NCBI GenBank assembly: GCA_016872215.1
Contig: VHAX01000005.1
Location: 12,542-76,541 of the forward strand
Reading direction: 5' to 3'
Length of the DNA: 64,000 bases
Source: Sphingomonadales bacterium
GTDB lineage: Bacteria > Bacteroidota > Bacteroidia > UBA7662
In this document: positions 26,761 to 36,971 of the stretch, one piece after another
Layout of the letters: every line of letters begins with the position of its first letter
How positions within the stretch are numbered: position 1 is the first letter of the stretch
Translations under genes and position numbers: made by a program
Notes under the pieces: model-generated
Told to the model about the DNA's origin: nothing
The model's input: only the letters and a program-made list of their open reading frames with translations
The model's database searches: none

Positions 26761-29190
26761 ATGAGGCAAAAATGCCAAACTTTTCGGAAATTAGGAAACG
26801 CCGAGGAGATAGATGTTTCCGGTAGTCAACTGCGTATTGCAACGGACTGGGCCGAATTGTGGATTGAATCGCAGTGTCCTGAAATCATCCGTCTGCGCGC
26901 CGGGGAAAAGAACACAGAATGGCTGGATGGGGCAGATTATGCCCTGGTTGACCAAAAGACCCGGTCGGTGCCGGCGGGAAGATGGGTTGAGGAGGACAAG
27001 ATTATGACTTTTACCACTTTAGAATTGAGGGTTGAAGTCCGGCTCAACCCAATTTCCCTTCGCTTGTTCAACCGCAGTGATTGTATGTTGTCGACCGACG
27101 CCGAGGATTTGGGCATGGGAAAGATGGGAAATACGTGGTACTACTATCGCAATCTTCCCATTGAGGAAAAAAACATCGGTTTGGGTGAGAAGACCGGAAC
27201 CACCCTACGCAGAGGTCAGCGTTTCGTGCACTGGAACACAGATGCATTCATGTATGGAGCAGATGCCGACCCGCTTTATGTGTCGACCCCATTCTTTATG
27301 GGTGTACTGGACGGCGGAACCTATGGTCTGTTTTTGAATTCTTACGGCCGCACAGTATTTGATTTTGGCGCGGGTGATGCACGCCACAGTTGTGTGCAAA
27401 ATGATCGCGGAGGTTTGGACCTGTTTTTTATGGTGGGTGACACACCGGCGGATGTACTGAGATCCTACATGCAGTTGACTGGACTGCCTCCGCTCCCACC
27501 ACGCTGGGGCTTGGGCTACCAGCAGTGCCGCTACAGCTATTACCCAGACCGGAGGGCGTTGTCGGTGGCGTCGACCTTCCGCGCCAAAAAAATTCCGTGT
27601 GATGTGTTGTACCTCGATATACACTACATGGATCAGTACAAAGTCTTCACCTGGAGTGAGCATGATTTTCCAGACCCATCAGGATTTGTTGACCAATTGC
27701 GCGGAATGAATTTTCGCACCGTGGTTATTCTCGACCCGGGTATTAAGGTTGATCCAAATTATCCGGTGTATCAAAGAGGCCTCGCAAATGATGTGTTTGT
27801 TTGCTACCCAAATGGTCAGGCCTATTCGGGAGATGTGTGGCCGGGAACCTGCCATTTCCCTGACTTTACCAAACCTGAAACGCGCAGATGGTGGGGGGAA
27901 GAGATCAGAATATTGACTTTGATCGGTATTTCGGGTTATTGGAACGACATGAATGAACCCGCCACCTGGGGAAAACACCTTCCCGATACCCTGATTTTTG
28001 ATCTGGAGGGCCAACATGGTACTCACCTCGATGCCCACAATGTCTACGGCATGCAAATGGCCCGTGCCACCGCCGAGGGCGTGCGCAGGGCAATGCCCGG
28101 GGAACGTGCTTTTATCCTGACCAGAGCTGGCTTCAGCGGAATACAACGTTATGCTGCGGTGTGGACAGGCGACAATACGGCCAGCGAGGAGCATATGCTG
28201 CTGGGGGTTCGGTTACTGAATTCTATGGGGCTCGCCGGTATTTCCTACTGTGGAATGGACATCGGGGGCTTCGTGGGCGAAGCATCCCCTGAATTATTTA
28301 TTCGCTGGATGCAAATAGGATCGTTTTCTCCTCTTTTCCGCGGGCATAGTATGATCAATAGCCGCGACAGCGAGCCCTGGTCGTATGGTGAAAAGGCAGA
28401 AGAGATCAGCCGAAACTTCATTCGTTTGCGCTACAAGCTCTTGCCCTATTGGTATTCCTTATTTGAGGAAGCATCGCAATCAGGGCTACCGGTGTTACGA
28501 AGTCTCGTACTCACCCACCCGAACGACCCAAAAGTGTATGAATCAGAATGGACGCACCAGTTTATGGTGGGTCCGCATTTGTTGGTGGCCGCCGTAGGTT
28601 GTGAGCATCCATATCAAAAAGTGTACTTGCCTGAAGGACAGTGGCACCACCTTTTTGATGGCAGCATCTGGCAGGGTGGGCTAGAACATATTGTGGCAAC
28701 TCCCATCGAGATTTTGCCCGTTTGGGTGCGTGCTGGCGCGATACTAACCCTACACTCCGCGGGTCAACACACCGAGGACCTCCCCGACTCCATCATGTAT
28801 CTATATGTTTGGGGACGAACAAACGATCGGTGCATTACCCATTGGTATACCGACGATGGTTGCACTTTTGAACATGAAAGCGGGGTTTTTAAGCGTCGCG
28901 CAATTGAGCATGACGGGGTGCAGCGATGCCTTACCCTTTCAGCATCTGTAGGTTCGTTTTTGCAACCCTATTCCGATTTGCGCATTTATTTTCACGGGAT
29001 TGATGATGCAAAACCCATGGCGGTGAACGGATTCACTACACATCAGGGAACTGAAGGTGTTCGCATGATCGACCCACTTCGGTCGTATGATCCTTTTAGT
29101 CCTGCCGACCCCCCGTTTCCCTGGCAACACCAAGATGTGCCATATATTCAAATTCCCTGGACTGATGACGCTATTGAAATTCGGTACTGA
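26761..29190 (+). CDS. GH31 alpha-glucosidase
   Basis: LDIHYMD, WNDMNEP, WTGDN and DIGGF motifs. Confidence 0.95.
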   Translation: MRQKCQTFRKLGNAEEIDVSGSQLRIATDWAELWIESQCPEIIRLRAGEKNTEWLDGADYALVDQKTRSVPAGRWVEEDKIMTFTTLELRVEVRLNPISLRLFNRSDCMLSTDAEDLGMGKMGNTWYYYRNLPIEEKNIGLGEKTGTTLRRGQRFVHWNTDAFMYGADADPLYVSTPFFMGVLDGGTYGLFLNSYGRTVFDFGAGDARHSCVQNDRGGLDLFFMVGDTPADVLRSYMQLTGLPPLPPRWGLGYQQCRYSYYPDRRALSVASTFRAKKIPCDVLYLDIHYMDQYKVFTWSEHDFPDPSGFVDQLRGMNFRTVVILDPGIKVDPNYPVYQRGLANDVFVCYPNGQAYSGDVWPGTCHFPDFTKPETRRWWGEEIRILTLIGISGYWNDMNEPATWGKHLPDTLIFDLEGQHGTHLDAHNVYGMQMARATAEGVRRAMPGERAFILTRAGFSGIQRYAAVWTGDNTASEEHMLLGVRLLNSMGLAGISYCGMDIGGFVGEASPELFIRWMQIGSFSPLFRGHSMINSRDSEPWSYGEKAEEISRNFIRLRYKLLPYWYSLFEEASQSGLPVLRSLVLTHPNDPKVYESEWTHQFMVGPHLLVAAVGCEHPYQKVYLPEGQWHHLFDGSIWQGGLEHIVATPIEILPVWVRAGAILTLHSAGQHTEDLPDSIMYLYVWGRTNDRCITHWYTDDGCTFEHESGVFKRRAIEHDGVQRCLTLSASVGSFLQPYSDLRIYFHGIDDAKPMAVNGFTTHQGTEGVRMIDPLRSYDPFSPADPPFPWQHQDVPYIQIPWTDDAIEIRY

Positions 29191-29299
29191 TGGGAATGGT
29201 GACAGCAGGCGGTGGGATTAAGCTATTATTTGGCTTTATTCGTGTCGTACAATCTTCTTTATTTTCAACGTCTGAAAAAGGCGATAATCCCTCACAATC

Positions 29300-30634
29300 A
29301 TGCAAAAGCCCAAACTCAGCTTTTGGAACATCTGGAACATCAGCTTTGGATTTTTCGGTGTTCAGATCGGATTTAGTTTGCAAGGTGCCAACACCAGTGG
29401 CATTTTTTCGGCCCTGGGTGCCGATCCGCACCAGCTCCCCCTCTTTTGGCTGGGCGCTCCGCTAGCGGGATTGGTGGTACAGCCCATTATTGGACTGATG
29501 AGCGATAAAAAATGGGTACGAATAGGTTATGGAATTTCAGTAGTAGGTCGCAGGATTCCGTTTATTTTGCTGGGGGCGGTAATTTCCATGATTGCCATGT
29601 TTCTGATGCCGAATGCGGAACATGTGGCCCATTGGATGTCGCCCCTCTTATTTGGGGCTTTGATGTTGCTGCTGATGGATACCTCATTTAACATTACCAT
29701 GCAGCCATTTCGTTCGCTAGTGAGCGATATGTTGCTCGATGAGCAGAAGAATTTGGGCTACAGCATACAGAGTTTTCTCATAAATCTGGGGGCGATCATG
29801 GGATTCCTGTTGCCCTTCGTTCTGAGTTGGGCGGGCGTGTCCAATCAGCCCGATGCGGACGGTAAAGTGGCTGATTCGGTGATTTGGTCCTATTATTTCG
29901 GGGGAGCGGTATTGCTATTGGCCGTGTTGTGGACCGCCTTTCGCACCCGTGAATATCCACCTGAGGAATACGGACGCTACCATTCTAAGGAGGGCGCTGC
30001 ACAGGCCGGGGAACGCCCAACTTTGGGTAGTGTGTTGTCGGGGATGCCCAGAGCCATGATTCAATTGGGTTTCACCCAATTTTTTTCATGGTTTGCCTTG
30101 TTTGTGATGTGGGTATACACAACCGATACAATAGCGGTACAGGTTTGGAAGGCCACAGACAGCACTTCATCGGACTACAACGAAGCCCGTAATTGGACCG
30201 GGGTTATTTTTGCGGTGTATAGTGTGGTGGCCGCTTTGTACTCCCTGGTAATTCCTTCGCTAGCCCAGCAAATTGGGCGCAAAGGGGTTTATGCATTGTC
30301 ATTGGCTACGGCGGGCGTGGGACTCGCTTCGATGCGCTGGATTCATGACCCAAATTTGCTTTTCGGGGCCATGTTGGGTGTGGGTGTGGGATGGGCTGCG
30401 ATTCTTGCCCTGCCTTATGCAATTTTGTCTTCGAGATTACCGCCTGCTCAAACCGGTATGTATATGGGCCTGTTCAACGCCACAATTACCCTGCCTCAAA
30501 TTGCCGCAAGCTTGTTTGGTGGCCTGCTTTTTCAGTTATTGGGTAGTAGTAGTCCCAACATGATGGTAGTGGCGGGTGGCAGCATGCTCATGGCTGGAAT
30601 CGGTGCATGGTTAATCGTTAAAGACCAAGACTGA
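29300..30634 (+). CDS. MFS maltose/maltodextrin transporter (MalT-like)
   Basis: KLSFWNIWNISFGFFGVQ, GRRIPF, MQPFRSLVSD; about 12 TM segments; follows GH13/GH31. Confidence 0.88.
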   Translation: MQKPKLSFWNIWNISFGFFGVQIGFSLQGANTSGIFSALGADPHQLPLFWLGAPLAGLVVQPIIGLMSDKKWVRIGYGISVVGRRIPFILLGAVISMIAMFLMPNAEHVAHWMSPLLFGALMLLLMDTSFNITMQPFRSLVSDMLLDEQKNLGYSIQSFLINLGAIMGFLLPFVLSWAGVSNQPDADGKVADSVIWSYYFGGAVLLLAVLWTAFRTREYPPEEYGRYHSKEGAAQAGERPTLGSVLSGMPRAMIQLGFTQFFSWFALFVMWVYTTDTIAVQVWKATDSTSSDYNEARNWTGVIFAVYSVVAALYSLVIPSLAQQIGRKGVYALSLATAGVGLASMRWIHDPNLLFGAMLGVGVGWAAILALPYAILSSRLPPAQTGMYMGLFNATITLPQIAASLFGGLLFQLLGSSSPNMMVVAGGSMLMAGIGAWLIVKDQD

Positions 30635-30642
30635 ACCTTAAG

Positions 30643-31470
30643 ATGCTCAGTTATATTCACTGGAATCTGAATCCTTATGTTCTGCCTGGCGTTTTGCCGG
30701 TGCGCTGGTATGGTCTTTTGTTTATGTCCGGTTTCGTTTTCGGTTATTATATCATACAAAGCATGTATAGGCGGGAAGGGAAGGACTTGGCCGCCCTCGA
30801 TAATTTGTCGCTCTATGTGGGTTTGGGTACGATCCTTGGCGCCCGTTTGGGCCATTGTTTGTTTTATGAGCCTGCCTACTACCTCAGTCATCCTATGCAA
30901 ATGTTGTATATATGGGAAGGGGGATTGGCCTCCCATGGAGCCGTAATAGGCATCTTGCTCAGCACCTTTTTATATGGTCGGCGATATCCCCAGACCGATT
31001 TTTGGTTTGTGACCGATCGGTTGGTGGTTGTCATTGCCCTGGCCGGTAGCCTGATTCGTCTTGGTAATTTAGCCAATTCAGAAATATATGGATTGCCCAC
31101 CTCGGTACCTTGGGCTTTTGTGTTCGAACGTCTGGGCGATGGGGTTCCACGTCATCCTACTCAATTGTATGAGTCGTTCTACTACATGATTTGCTTTTTT
31201 GTCTTGTATAATATCTATAGGGAAACCGATAAAGCGCAACAAAAGGGTTTTCTTTTGGGCCTGTTTATGGTGATGATTTTTGGATTCAGATTCATCATCG
31301 AGTTTTGGAAGGAGAATCAGGTGCCCATGGAAGTCGGATTTACTCTCAATATGGGACAAATGCTGAGCATTCCGGTGGTACTGGTGGGATTAGGGCTGAT
31401 GTTGAGAAGCCGTGAATTCGCGTCCGAAAAGCCAACGAATACACTTAAAAAGGACGCAATACAAAAGTGA
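30643..31470 (+). CDS. lgt: Prolipoprotein diacylglyceryl transferase
   Basis: VRWYG, GARLGHC, GGLASHG, RLGNLANSE and RHPTQLYE motifs. Confidence 0.96.
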   Translation: MLSYIHWNLNPYVLPGVLPVRWYGLLFMSGFVFGYYIIQSMYRREGKDLAALDNLSLYVGLGTILGARLGHCLFYEPAYYLSHPMQMLYIWEGGLASHGAVIGILLSTFLYGRRYPQTDFWFVTDRLVVVIALAGSLIRLGNLANSEIYGLPTSVPWAFVFERLGDGVPRHPTQLYESFYYMICFFVLYNIYRETDKAQQKGFLLGLFMVMIFGFRFIIEFWKENQVPMEVGFTLNMGQMLSIPVVLVGLGLMLRSREFASEKPTNTLKKDAIQK

Positions 31471-31481
31471 TCAGCAGACCA

Positions 31482-32975
31482 TTATGATTTTGGGAGTGTG
31501 ACTAGCAGTCCACGCAGGAAGTCGGACGAGGCGCGCATGTCGACCGACAAAATCCGGTCGCCATTGAGTGTCGGGACCACCATTCGATAGGATTGACGGA
31601 TTCGTTCGAGTGCTGGTGCGGTGGTGGTTCTACGCTCATCAATTGCCTGCGCGGCGGTCATCCACTCAACCCCCAGAATGATCCATAGGTTATCGATAAT
31701 TTTGTGTAGGCGGACACCCGCGTTGGCGCCCATACTCACATGGTCTTCCTGTCCGTTGCTGGATGTTACGTTGTCGATGCTCGCCGGGATGGCCAATTGA
31801 CGGTTTTGGCTTACCAATGAGGCCGCTGTGTACTGGGGAATCATAAACCCGGAATGTAGACCCGAATCGGCAGCCATAAAGGGAGGCAACCCCCTGGTAC
31901 CCGATAACAGCTGAAAAGTACGCCGCTCGCTAATGGAGCCCAGTTCAACGAGAGCCAGAGCCAGATAGTCGAGAGCCAGAGCCAGAGGCTGACCATGGAA
32001 GTTCCCGCCACTTATAATGAGTTGCTCGTCGGGGAAAATAAGGGGGTTGTCGCTCACCGACCGACATTCAATTGCGAAGACCTTTGTAACATGATCCAAT
32101 GCGTCACCCGAGGCTCCATGGACCTGGGGAACACAACGAAAAGAATAGGGGTCTTGAACGCTGGCTGGAATGCGATTGTGGATTTCACCACCCTCCAGCC
32201 ACAATATTATTTCTCTGGCTGTAGCGATCTGACCATGATGAGGCCTGACCCGATGCAGGGCCGGATGAAAGGGCTGCAAATTTCCATCGAAGGCATCGAG
32301 CGACAGAGCGGCACACATATGAGCAACTGAAAGCAGTTTTCTACCTTCAAGTATGGCCCATAAACCCAGTGCTGACATATACTGAGTGCCATTGAGAAGG
32401 GCCAGACCTTCCTTTGATTGTAGTTTGACCGGCACCCACCCCAATTCTTTCCAGGCCTCAGCCGTGGGCATTTTTCTGCCTTTCCACACAACCGCTCCCT
32501 CTCCCATTAAGGGGAGGCACAAATGAGCCAAGGGGGCGAGGTCGCCCGACGCACCCAGTGAGCCCATCTCATATACAACGGGCAACACATCCTGGTTGTA
32601 GAGGTCGACCAAACGACTGATGGTAGCGCGGCTCACACCGGAATGGCCCTGAATGAGAGACAGGATTTTCAGTGCCAACATTAGTCGCACGACTTCGGGT
32701 CTGCATTCCGCGCCTACTCCACAGGCATGGGACCGAACGAGATTTTCCTGAAGGGCTCCCAGTTGGGTATCAGGAATGCGCACCTGGCACAGGGCTCCGA
32801 ATCCTGTGTTTATGCCATAATATGCATGATCGCTTTCCTGCAAAAGCTTGTCGAGATAGAGCCGGCTTTGAGATGCCTTTTTATACACGTCTTCCGATAC
32901 TCTTAGGGTTCGGCCGGGGTTGGCCAAATCGATGAGTACATCCAGTTGCATATGCCTATTTACTGGGTGTTCCAT
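31482..32975 (-). CDS. hutH: Histidine ammonia-lyase
   Basis: YGINTGFG, RSHACG, MIO motif GASGDLAPL, QDPYSFRC, QEDHVSM. Confidence 0.95.
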   Translation of the reverse strand: MEHPVNRHMQLDVLIDLANPGRTLRVSEDVYKKASQSRLYLDKLLQESDHAYYGINTGFGALCQVRIPDTQLGALQENLVRSHACGVGAECRPEVVRLMLALKILSLIQGHSGVSRATISRLVDLYNQDVLPVVYEMGSLGASGDLAPLAHLCLPLMGEGAVVWKGRKMPTAEAWKELGWVPVKLQSKEGLALLNGTQYMSALGLWAILEGRKLLSVAHMCAALSLDAFDGNLQPFHPALHRVRPHHGQIATAREIILWLEGGEIHNRIPASVQDPYSFRCVPQVHGASGDALDHVTKVFAIECRSVSDNPLIFPDEQLIISGGNFHGQPLALALDYLALALVELGSISERRTFQLLSGTRGLPPFMAADSGLHSGFMIPQYTAASLVSQNRQLAIPASIDNVTSSNGQEDHVSMGANAGVRLHKIIDNLWIILGVEWMTAAQAIDERRTTTAPALERIRQSYRMVVPTLNGDRILSVDMRASSDFLRGLLVTLPKS

Positions 32976-34369
32976 GGCTTATTTCCTTGAACCCAGTCCT
33001 GAATCTCTTGTGGCTTCACTTGAATGTGTGCGGAATCAGTTAACCTTTTGAGGACAAACTGTAATTCGCGCTCAGCTTTTGTCTTAAGTATAGCCACAAC
33101 AGGAATTTGGCGGGCCTCTGCGTATTGAAAAATCTTCTTTGGCTTGGGATCACCGGCATACAGATCCGTTTTGATACCCTGCGTTCTCAGTTCCTGAGCG
33201 CAGGCCAACAAATTATGCATGGAATCGGGTTCTGTAGTGGCCATTAGTACCTTTGCAGCGGGTATCGGTATGTCGCCAAACAGGTTCTGTTCGATCATCA
33301 GATCCAGAATTCGTTCTACTCCAAAGGAAATCCCTACACCGCTAAGGCCGTCTACACCGAAGGATGCGGTTAGGTTGTCGTAGCGCCCGCCCCCGCCCAC
33401 ACTGCCCATGCCTTTGACTCCGGAGTCGACCTCGAAGATAAATCCCGTATAGTAGTCGAGTCCACGCGCGAGAGACAAATCAAAGCGATAAAATGACGAC
33501 GGTACACGGAGTGCCTCAATATAATGAGTGAGGGTTTCTAATTCGGTCATTATGGAGGCAGGCAGATCCGATTGGGTAATCGAGGAAAACTGCAGCAGCA
33601 GAGCCAACAACTCGGGCGGAGCCGGCTGTGCCTCAATGAGGATCCACCACGCTTTCTGCACTTCGGTCGACACACCCTGTTCCGTGAGGTAGGTCGACAT
33701 AGATTCCTTTCCGGACTTGTCGAGTTTGTCGAGTTGCACCATAAACGCACGCGACTGTGACGAGAGTCCCAGCGCCTCTGCCATAAAGGAAAGAATTTTG
33801 CGGTGACTGATCCGAACGCATGCGGATGGGAAACCGAGCTGCCCCAGTACTTCTGCATATAGAGCCACCATCTGCGCCTCCGATGACAAACATTCGGAGC
33901 CGATAAGGTCGGCATCGCACTGATAAAATTCACGATAGCGGCCGCGCTGTGGACGGTCGGCCCGCCAAACCGGCTGCATTTGAAAGCGCTTGAACGGGAA
34001 GACCATGTTCCCCCGGTTCATCGATACATAGCGGGCGAAGGGAACAGTGAGATCAAATCGTAGCGCTTTTTCAGTGACCAGACGGGTGAAGCGATTGATT
34101 TGGCCGGATCGAGCCGCAGTCCAATCTTCATCCGTGAGCGATTCGAGGTATTGACCCGAATTGAGGATTCTGAAGATGAGGCGATCACCCTCCTCACCAT
34201 ACGCCCCTTGCAGGGTTTGATTCAGTTCGATGGCCGGGGTTTCCAGGGGTAGAAATCCATAACGCATGAATGCCTCTTCCAATTGTGAAAAGAGCCACTT
34301 TCGGCGGTTCAAGAACTCTGGGTCAAAGTCCCGTACCCCTCTTGCCAGCTGTGCCTTAACGGTGGCCAT
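32960..34369 (-). CDS. hisS: Histidine--tRNA ligase
   Basis: RGVRDF, LRFDLTVP, RYREFYQCDAD, LARGLDYYTG and GGGRYD; start MATVKA at 34369. Confidence 0.96.
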   Translation of the reverse strand: MATVKAQLARGVRDFDPEFLNRRKWLFSQLEEAFMRYGFLPLETPAIELNQTLQGAYGEEGDRLIFRILNSGQYLESLTDEDWTAARSGQINRFTRLVTEKALRFDLTVPFARYVSMNRGNMVFPFKRFQMQPVWRADRPQRGRYREFYQCDADLIGSECLSSEAQMVALYAEVLGQLGFPSACVRISHRKILSFMAEALGLSSQSRAFMVQLDKLDKSGKESMSTYLTEQGVSTEVQKAWWILIEAQPAPPELLALLLQFSSITQSDLPASIMTELETLTHYIEALRVPSSFYRFDLSLARGLDYYTGFIFEVDSGVKGMGSVGGGGRYDNLTASFGVDGLSGVGISFGVERILDLMIEQNLFGDIPIPAAKVLMATTEPDSMHNLLACAQELRTQGIKTDLYAGDPKPKKIFQYAEARQIPVVAILKTKAERELQFVLKRLTDSAHIQVKPQEIQDWVQGNKPWNTQ

Positions 34370-34386
34370 ATTCGGCAAGCGGGGGT

Positions 34387-35817
34387 TCAGAGGGTTGAAA
34401 TTTTTATTTTCTTTTGAATTTCGTCGAGTTGACCCCTGAATCTGCGGTCGGTATCCATTAGATCCTCTACCGCCTGGCAACTGTGAATGACGGTTGAATG
34501 GTCGCGTCCGCCGAAGGAATCGCCAATGCTCTTGAGGCTTTGTTTGGTGAATTTTTTGGCCAGAAACATCGATATTTGACGGGCCTGTACCACTTCACGT
34601 TTGCGTGTGCGGCCGCGGAGCATCTCGACCGGAAGACCGAAATATTCACAAACCATAGTTTGAATGGTTTCGAGGGATACATCCGGATTTACATTTCTGA
34701 CAAAATTCCGCATCACCATTTTGGCCAGATCCAGGTCGGGGTTCTTTTTATTGAGTGTGGTGTAGGCCATGAGTGAAGTGAGGGCACCTTCCAGTTCCCG
34801 AACGTTGGTATTGCAGTTTAGGGCAATAAAATCGATCACGTCGTCGGGCAGTTCTATGCCGTCGGAATACATCTTCATGTGCAGAATCGCCACACGTGTT
34901 TCGAAATCGGGGAAACTCAGGTCTGCACTGAGGCCCCATTTGAAGCGTGAAATAAGCCGTTCTTCCAGTCCCTTCAAATCCTTGGGTGATTTATCGCTTG
35001 TGAGTACGAGTTGTTTGCCGCTCTGGTGCAGGTGGTTAAATATATGGAAGAAGACGTCTTGTGTTTTCTCTTTTCCGGCCAGGTTATGCACGTCATCTAT
35101 TATAAGTACATCAATCAACTGATAGAAATTCACGAAATCGTTGGCTGAATGATTTTTGAGGGCATCGATGAACTGTTGGGTGAATTTCTCCGCAGTTACG
35201 TATAAAATGGTCCGCGAGGGAAAAAGGGTTCGGGTTTGGTTGCCCATGGCCTGTACGAGGTGGCTCTTCCCAAGTCCCGTGGGACCGTAAATCATTAGGG
35301 GGTTGAATGAAGTGCCCCCGGGCTTGGAGGCAACGGCCTGTGCAGCATTTCGAGCTAATCGGTTGCAATCACCCTCAACAAAATTTTCGAAGTTGTAACG
35401 TGGATTGAGTTGGGGGTCGACCTGAATTTTACGCAGTCCGGGTATGATGAAGGGATTCTTGATGTTGCTCCCAATATTGACCCCAAGCGATACGTCCTGC
35501 TGCTTGCTGCGGCCCGGAGAACCCGGAACACTTACCGTATAGGGTTCCTGTCCATTGTAATGGCCGTCCATCAGGATGTTGTACTCAAGCCGCCCGTCAG
35601 GACCCAATTCCCTTCGAATTGTTTTGTGCAGCAGGTTTACATAGTGTTCTTCGAGCCATTCATAAAAAAACTGACTCGGAACCTGAATGGTGAGCACACC
35701 CTCCTGCAGGCGAACCGGTTGTATGGGTTCGAACCAGGTTTTGTAGCTTTGCTGCGTCACATTATCACGGATCACTGACAAGCAACCCCCCCAAACTTCT
35801 TCCTTGGTTTTCTGCAT
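34387..35817 (-). CDS. dnaA: Chromosomal replication initiator DnaA
   Basis: YKTWFEPI, FNPLMIYGPTGLGKSHL, NVRELEG and GGRDHSTVIH; start MQKTKEEVW at 35817. Confidence 0.98.
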   Translation of the reverse strand: MQKTKEEVWGGCLSVIRDNVTQQSYKTWFEPIQPVRLQEGVLTIQVPSQFFYEWLEEHYVNLLHKTIRRELGPDGRLEYNILMDGHYNGQEPYTVSVPGSPGRSKQQDVSLGVNIGSNIKNPFIIPGLRKIQVDPQLNPRYNFENFVEGDCNRLARNAAQAVASKPGGTSFNPLMIYGPTGLGKSHLVQAMGNQTRTLFPSRTILYVTAEKFTQQFIDALKNHSANDFVNFYQLIDVLIIDDVHNLAGKEKTQDVFFHIFNHLHQSGKQLVLTSDKSPKDLKGLEERLISRFKWGLSADLSFPDFETRVAILHMKMYSDGIELPDDVIDFIALNCNTNVRELEGALTSLMAYTTLNKKNPDLDLAKMVMRNFVRNVNPDVSLETIQTMVCEYFGLPVEMLRGRTRKREVVQARQISMFLAKKFTKQSLKSIGDSFGGRDHSTVIHSCQAVEDLMDTDRRFRGQLDEIQKKIKISTL

Positions 35818-35827
35818 ATAAAATTGA

Positions 35828-35963
35828 CGTGGAACAGCGATGGGAATCCACAGACGAGGCAACGAAAATCGAACGAAAAAAGCAAACAGAAAAAATTTTG
35901 TTAAAAAATTAACAGGCGTTGTGGATAACGGTGGAAAAGGACAATGAGGAGGCACGTGGAATA
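35828..35963. promoter_or_regulatory. DnaA-box cluster upstream of dnaA
   Basis: Perfect TGTGGATAA (reverse complement of TTATCCACA) at 35920-35928. Degenerate boxes GGTGGAAAA (35930), CGTGGAATA (35955), GAATCCACA (35844) and CGTGGAACA (35828), plus an AT-rich tract near 35890-35912. Confidence 0.7.
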
Positions 35964-36017
35964 AGCAAAAAAAAAAATAGAACGAAGGAAACAATCGGCG
36001 GAACCTATGGCAATCCG

Positions 36018-36971
36018 TCAACCTACATTCAACCGCTCACCTACAGGGATTAAAGATGCATCTGTAGGAGCTGCCTCAGTCGTTCTTCCTAATTTGATTT
36101 CCCAGTCGACCCTTCCCAATCGAAGGCCGCTGTGACCCGCCTGCACCACATACACGGCACGACCCTCCGGGTTGTAGTGTACCTCGGGTATATCCAGAAA
36201 ACTGTGGGTATGTCCACCCACGATCAGATCGATGCCCGACACTTCAAGAGCCAGACGCCGGTCGCTGGGACGTTCATCCGCATAGCTCAGTCCCAGATGG
36301 GAAAGACAGATCACTATATGGCAGCGGTGGATCATTCGTAAGCAGCTGACCTGACAGCGTGCCGCTTCAAACGGATCGCCCCAGCTTAGCTGAGGCACAA
36401 ATGCCGGTGGAATGAGTCCCGCTGGCTTGATTCCCAACCCGAAAACCCCAATTTTCAGCGGGTCCCGACGAAGGATGACCGATGAAGCACATCTCTGAGC
36501 CAAACCGTGTCGGCCAAAACGATAATTGGCGGATACCACGGGAAATCCGGCTTTCTGAAGCTGCAGCAACAGGTTGTCCATCCCCCCATCAAAATCATGG
36601 TTGCCCAGCGTAGCGGCATCGTATCCCAACTGCTGCATGGCACGAATCTCAACCTCACCGTTATAGAAATTGAAATACGGCGTGCCCTGAAAAAAATCGC
36701 CTGCATCGAGCAAGATACTACGTGAGGCCCGATCGCGAATGCTCCTGATCAGCTCCATTCGGGCGGCCACTCCTCCCTGTCCGGCCAACGCACTGCCGGC
36801 GGGGTATGGATCAATCCGGCTATGAGTGTCATTGGTGTGCAGTATACTGATTGGGTAGGTGGTCCCTTTTGCCTGCAAATATGTGGGTAGGGCGCCCGCC
36901 ACCCCTATTCCAGCTACCGAAGCGCCCAATGCACGGATGAAATCGCGCCTATCGTATCCGAATTCTGCCAT
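36018..36971 (-). CDS. 5'-nucleotidase-type metallophosphatase N-terminal domain, Tat-exported
   Basis: DRRDFIR twin-arginine signal; HTNDTH, DAGD, GNHDFD and GGHTH motifs. Confidence 0.92.
   Translation of the reverse strand: MAEFGYDRRDFIRALGASVAGIGVAGALPTYLQAKGTTYPISILHTNDTHSRIDPYPAGSALAGQGGVAARMELIRSIRDRASRSILLDAGDFFQGTPYFNFYNGEVEIRAMQQLGYDAATLGNHDFDGGMDNLLLQLQKAGFPVVSANYRFGRHGLAQRCASSVILRRDPLKIGVFGLGIKPAGLIPPAFVPQLSWGDPFEAARCQVSCLRMIHRCHIVICLSHLGLSYADERPSDRRLALEVSGIDLIVGGHTHSFLDIPEVHYNPEGRAVYVVQAGHSGLRLGRVDWEIKLGRTTEAAPTDASLIPVGERLNVG

Noticed and set aside
35818-36021. N-terminal extensions of dnaA (and of hisS, clpC, lon, mtaB, cmk and the MFS gene) in the ORF track
   Set aside because: These are longest-ORF artefacts running through promoters or neighbouring genes; the conserved N-termini begin at downstream starts.
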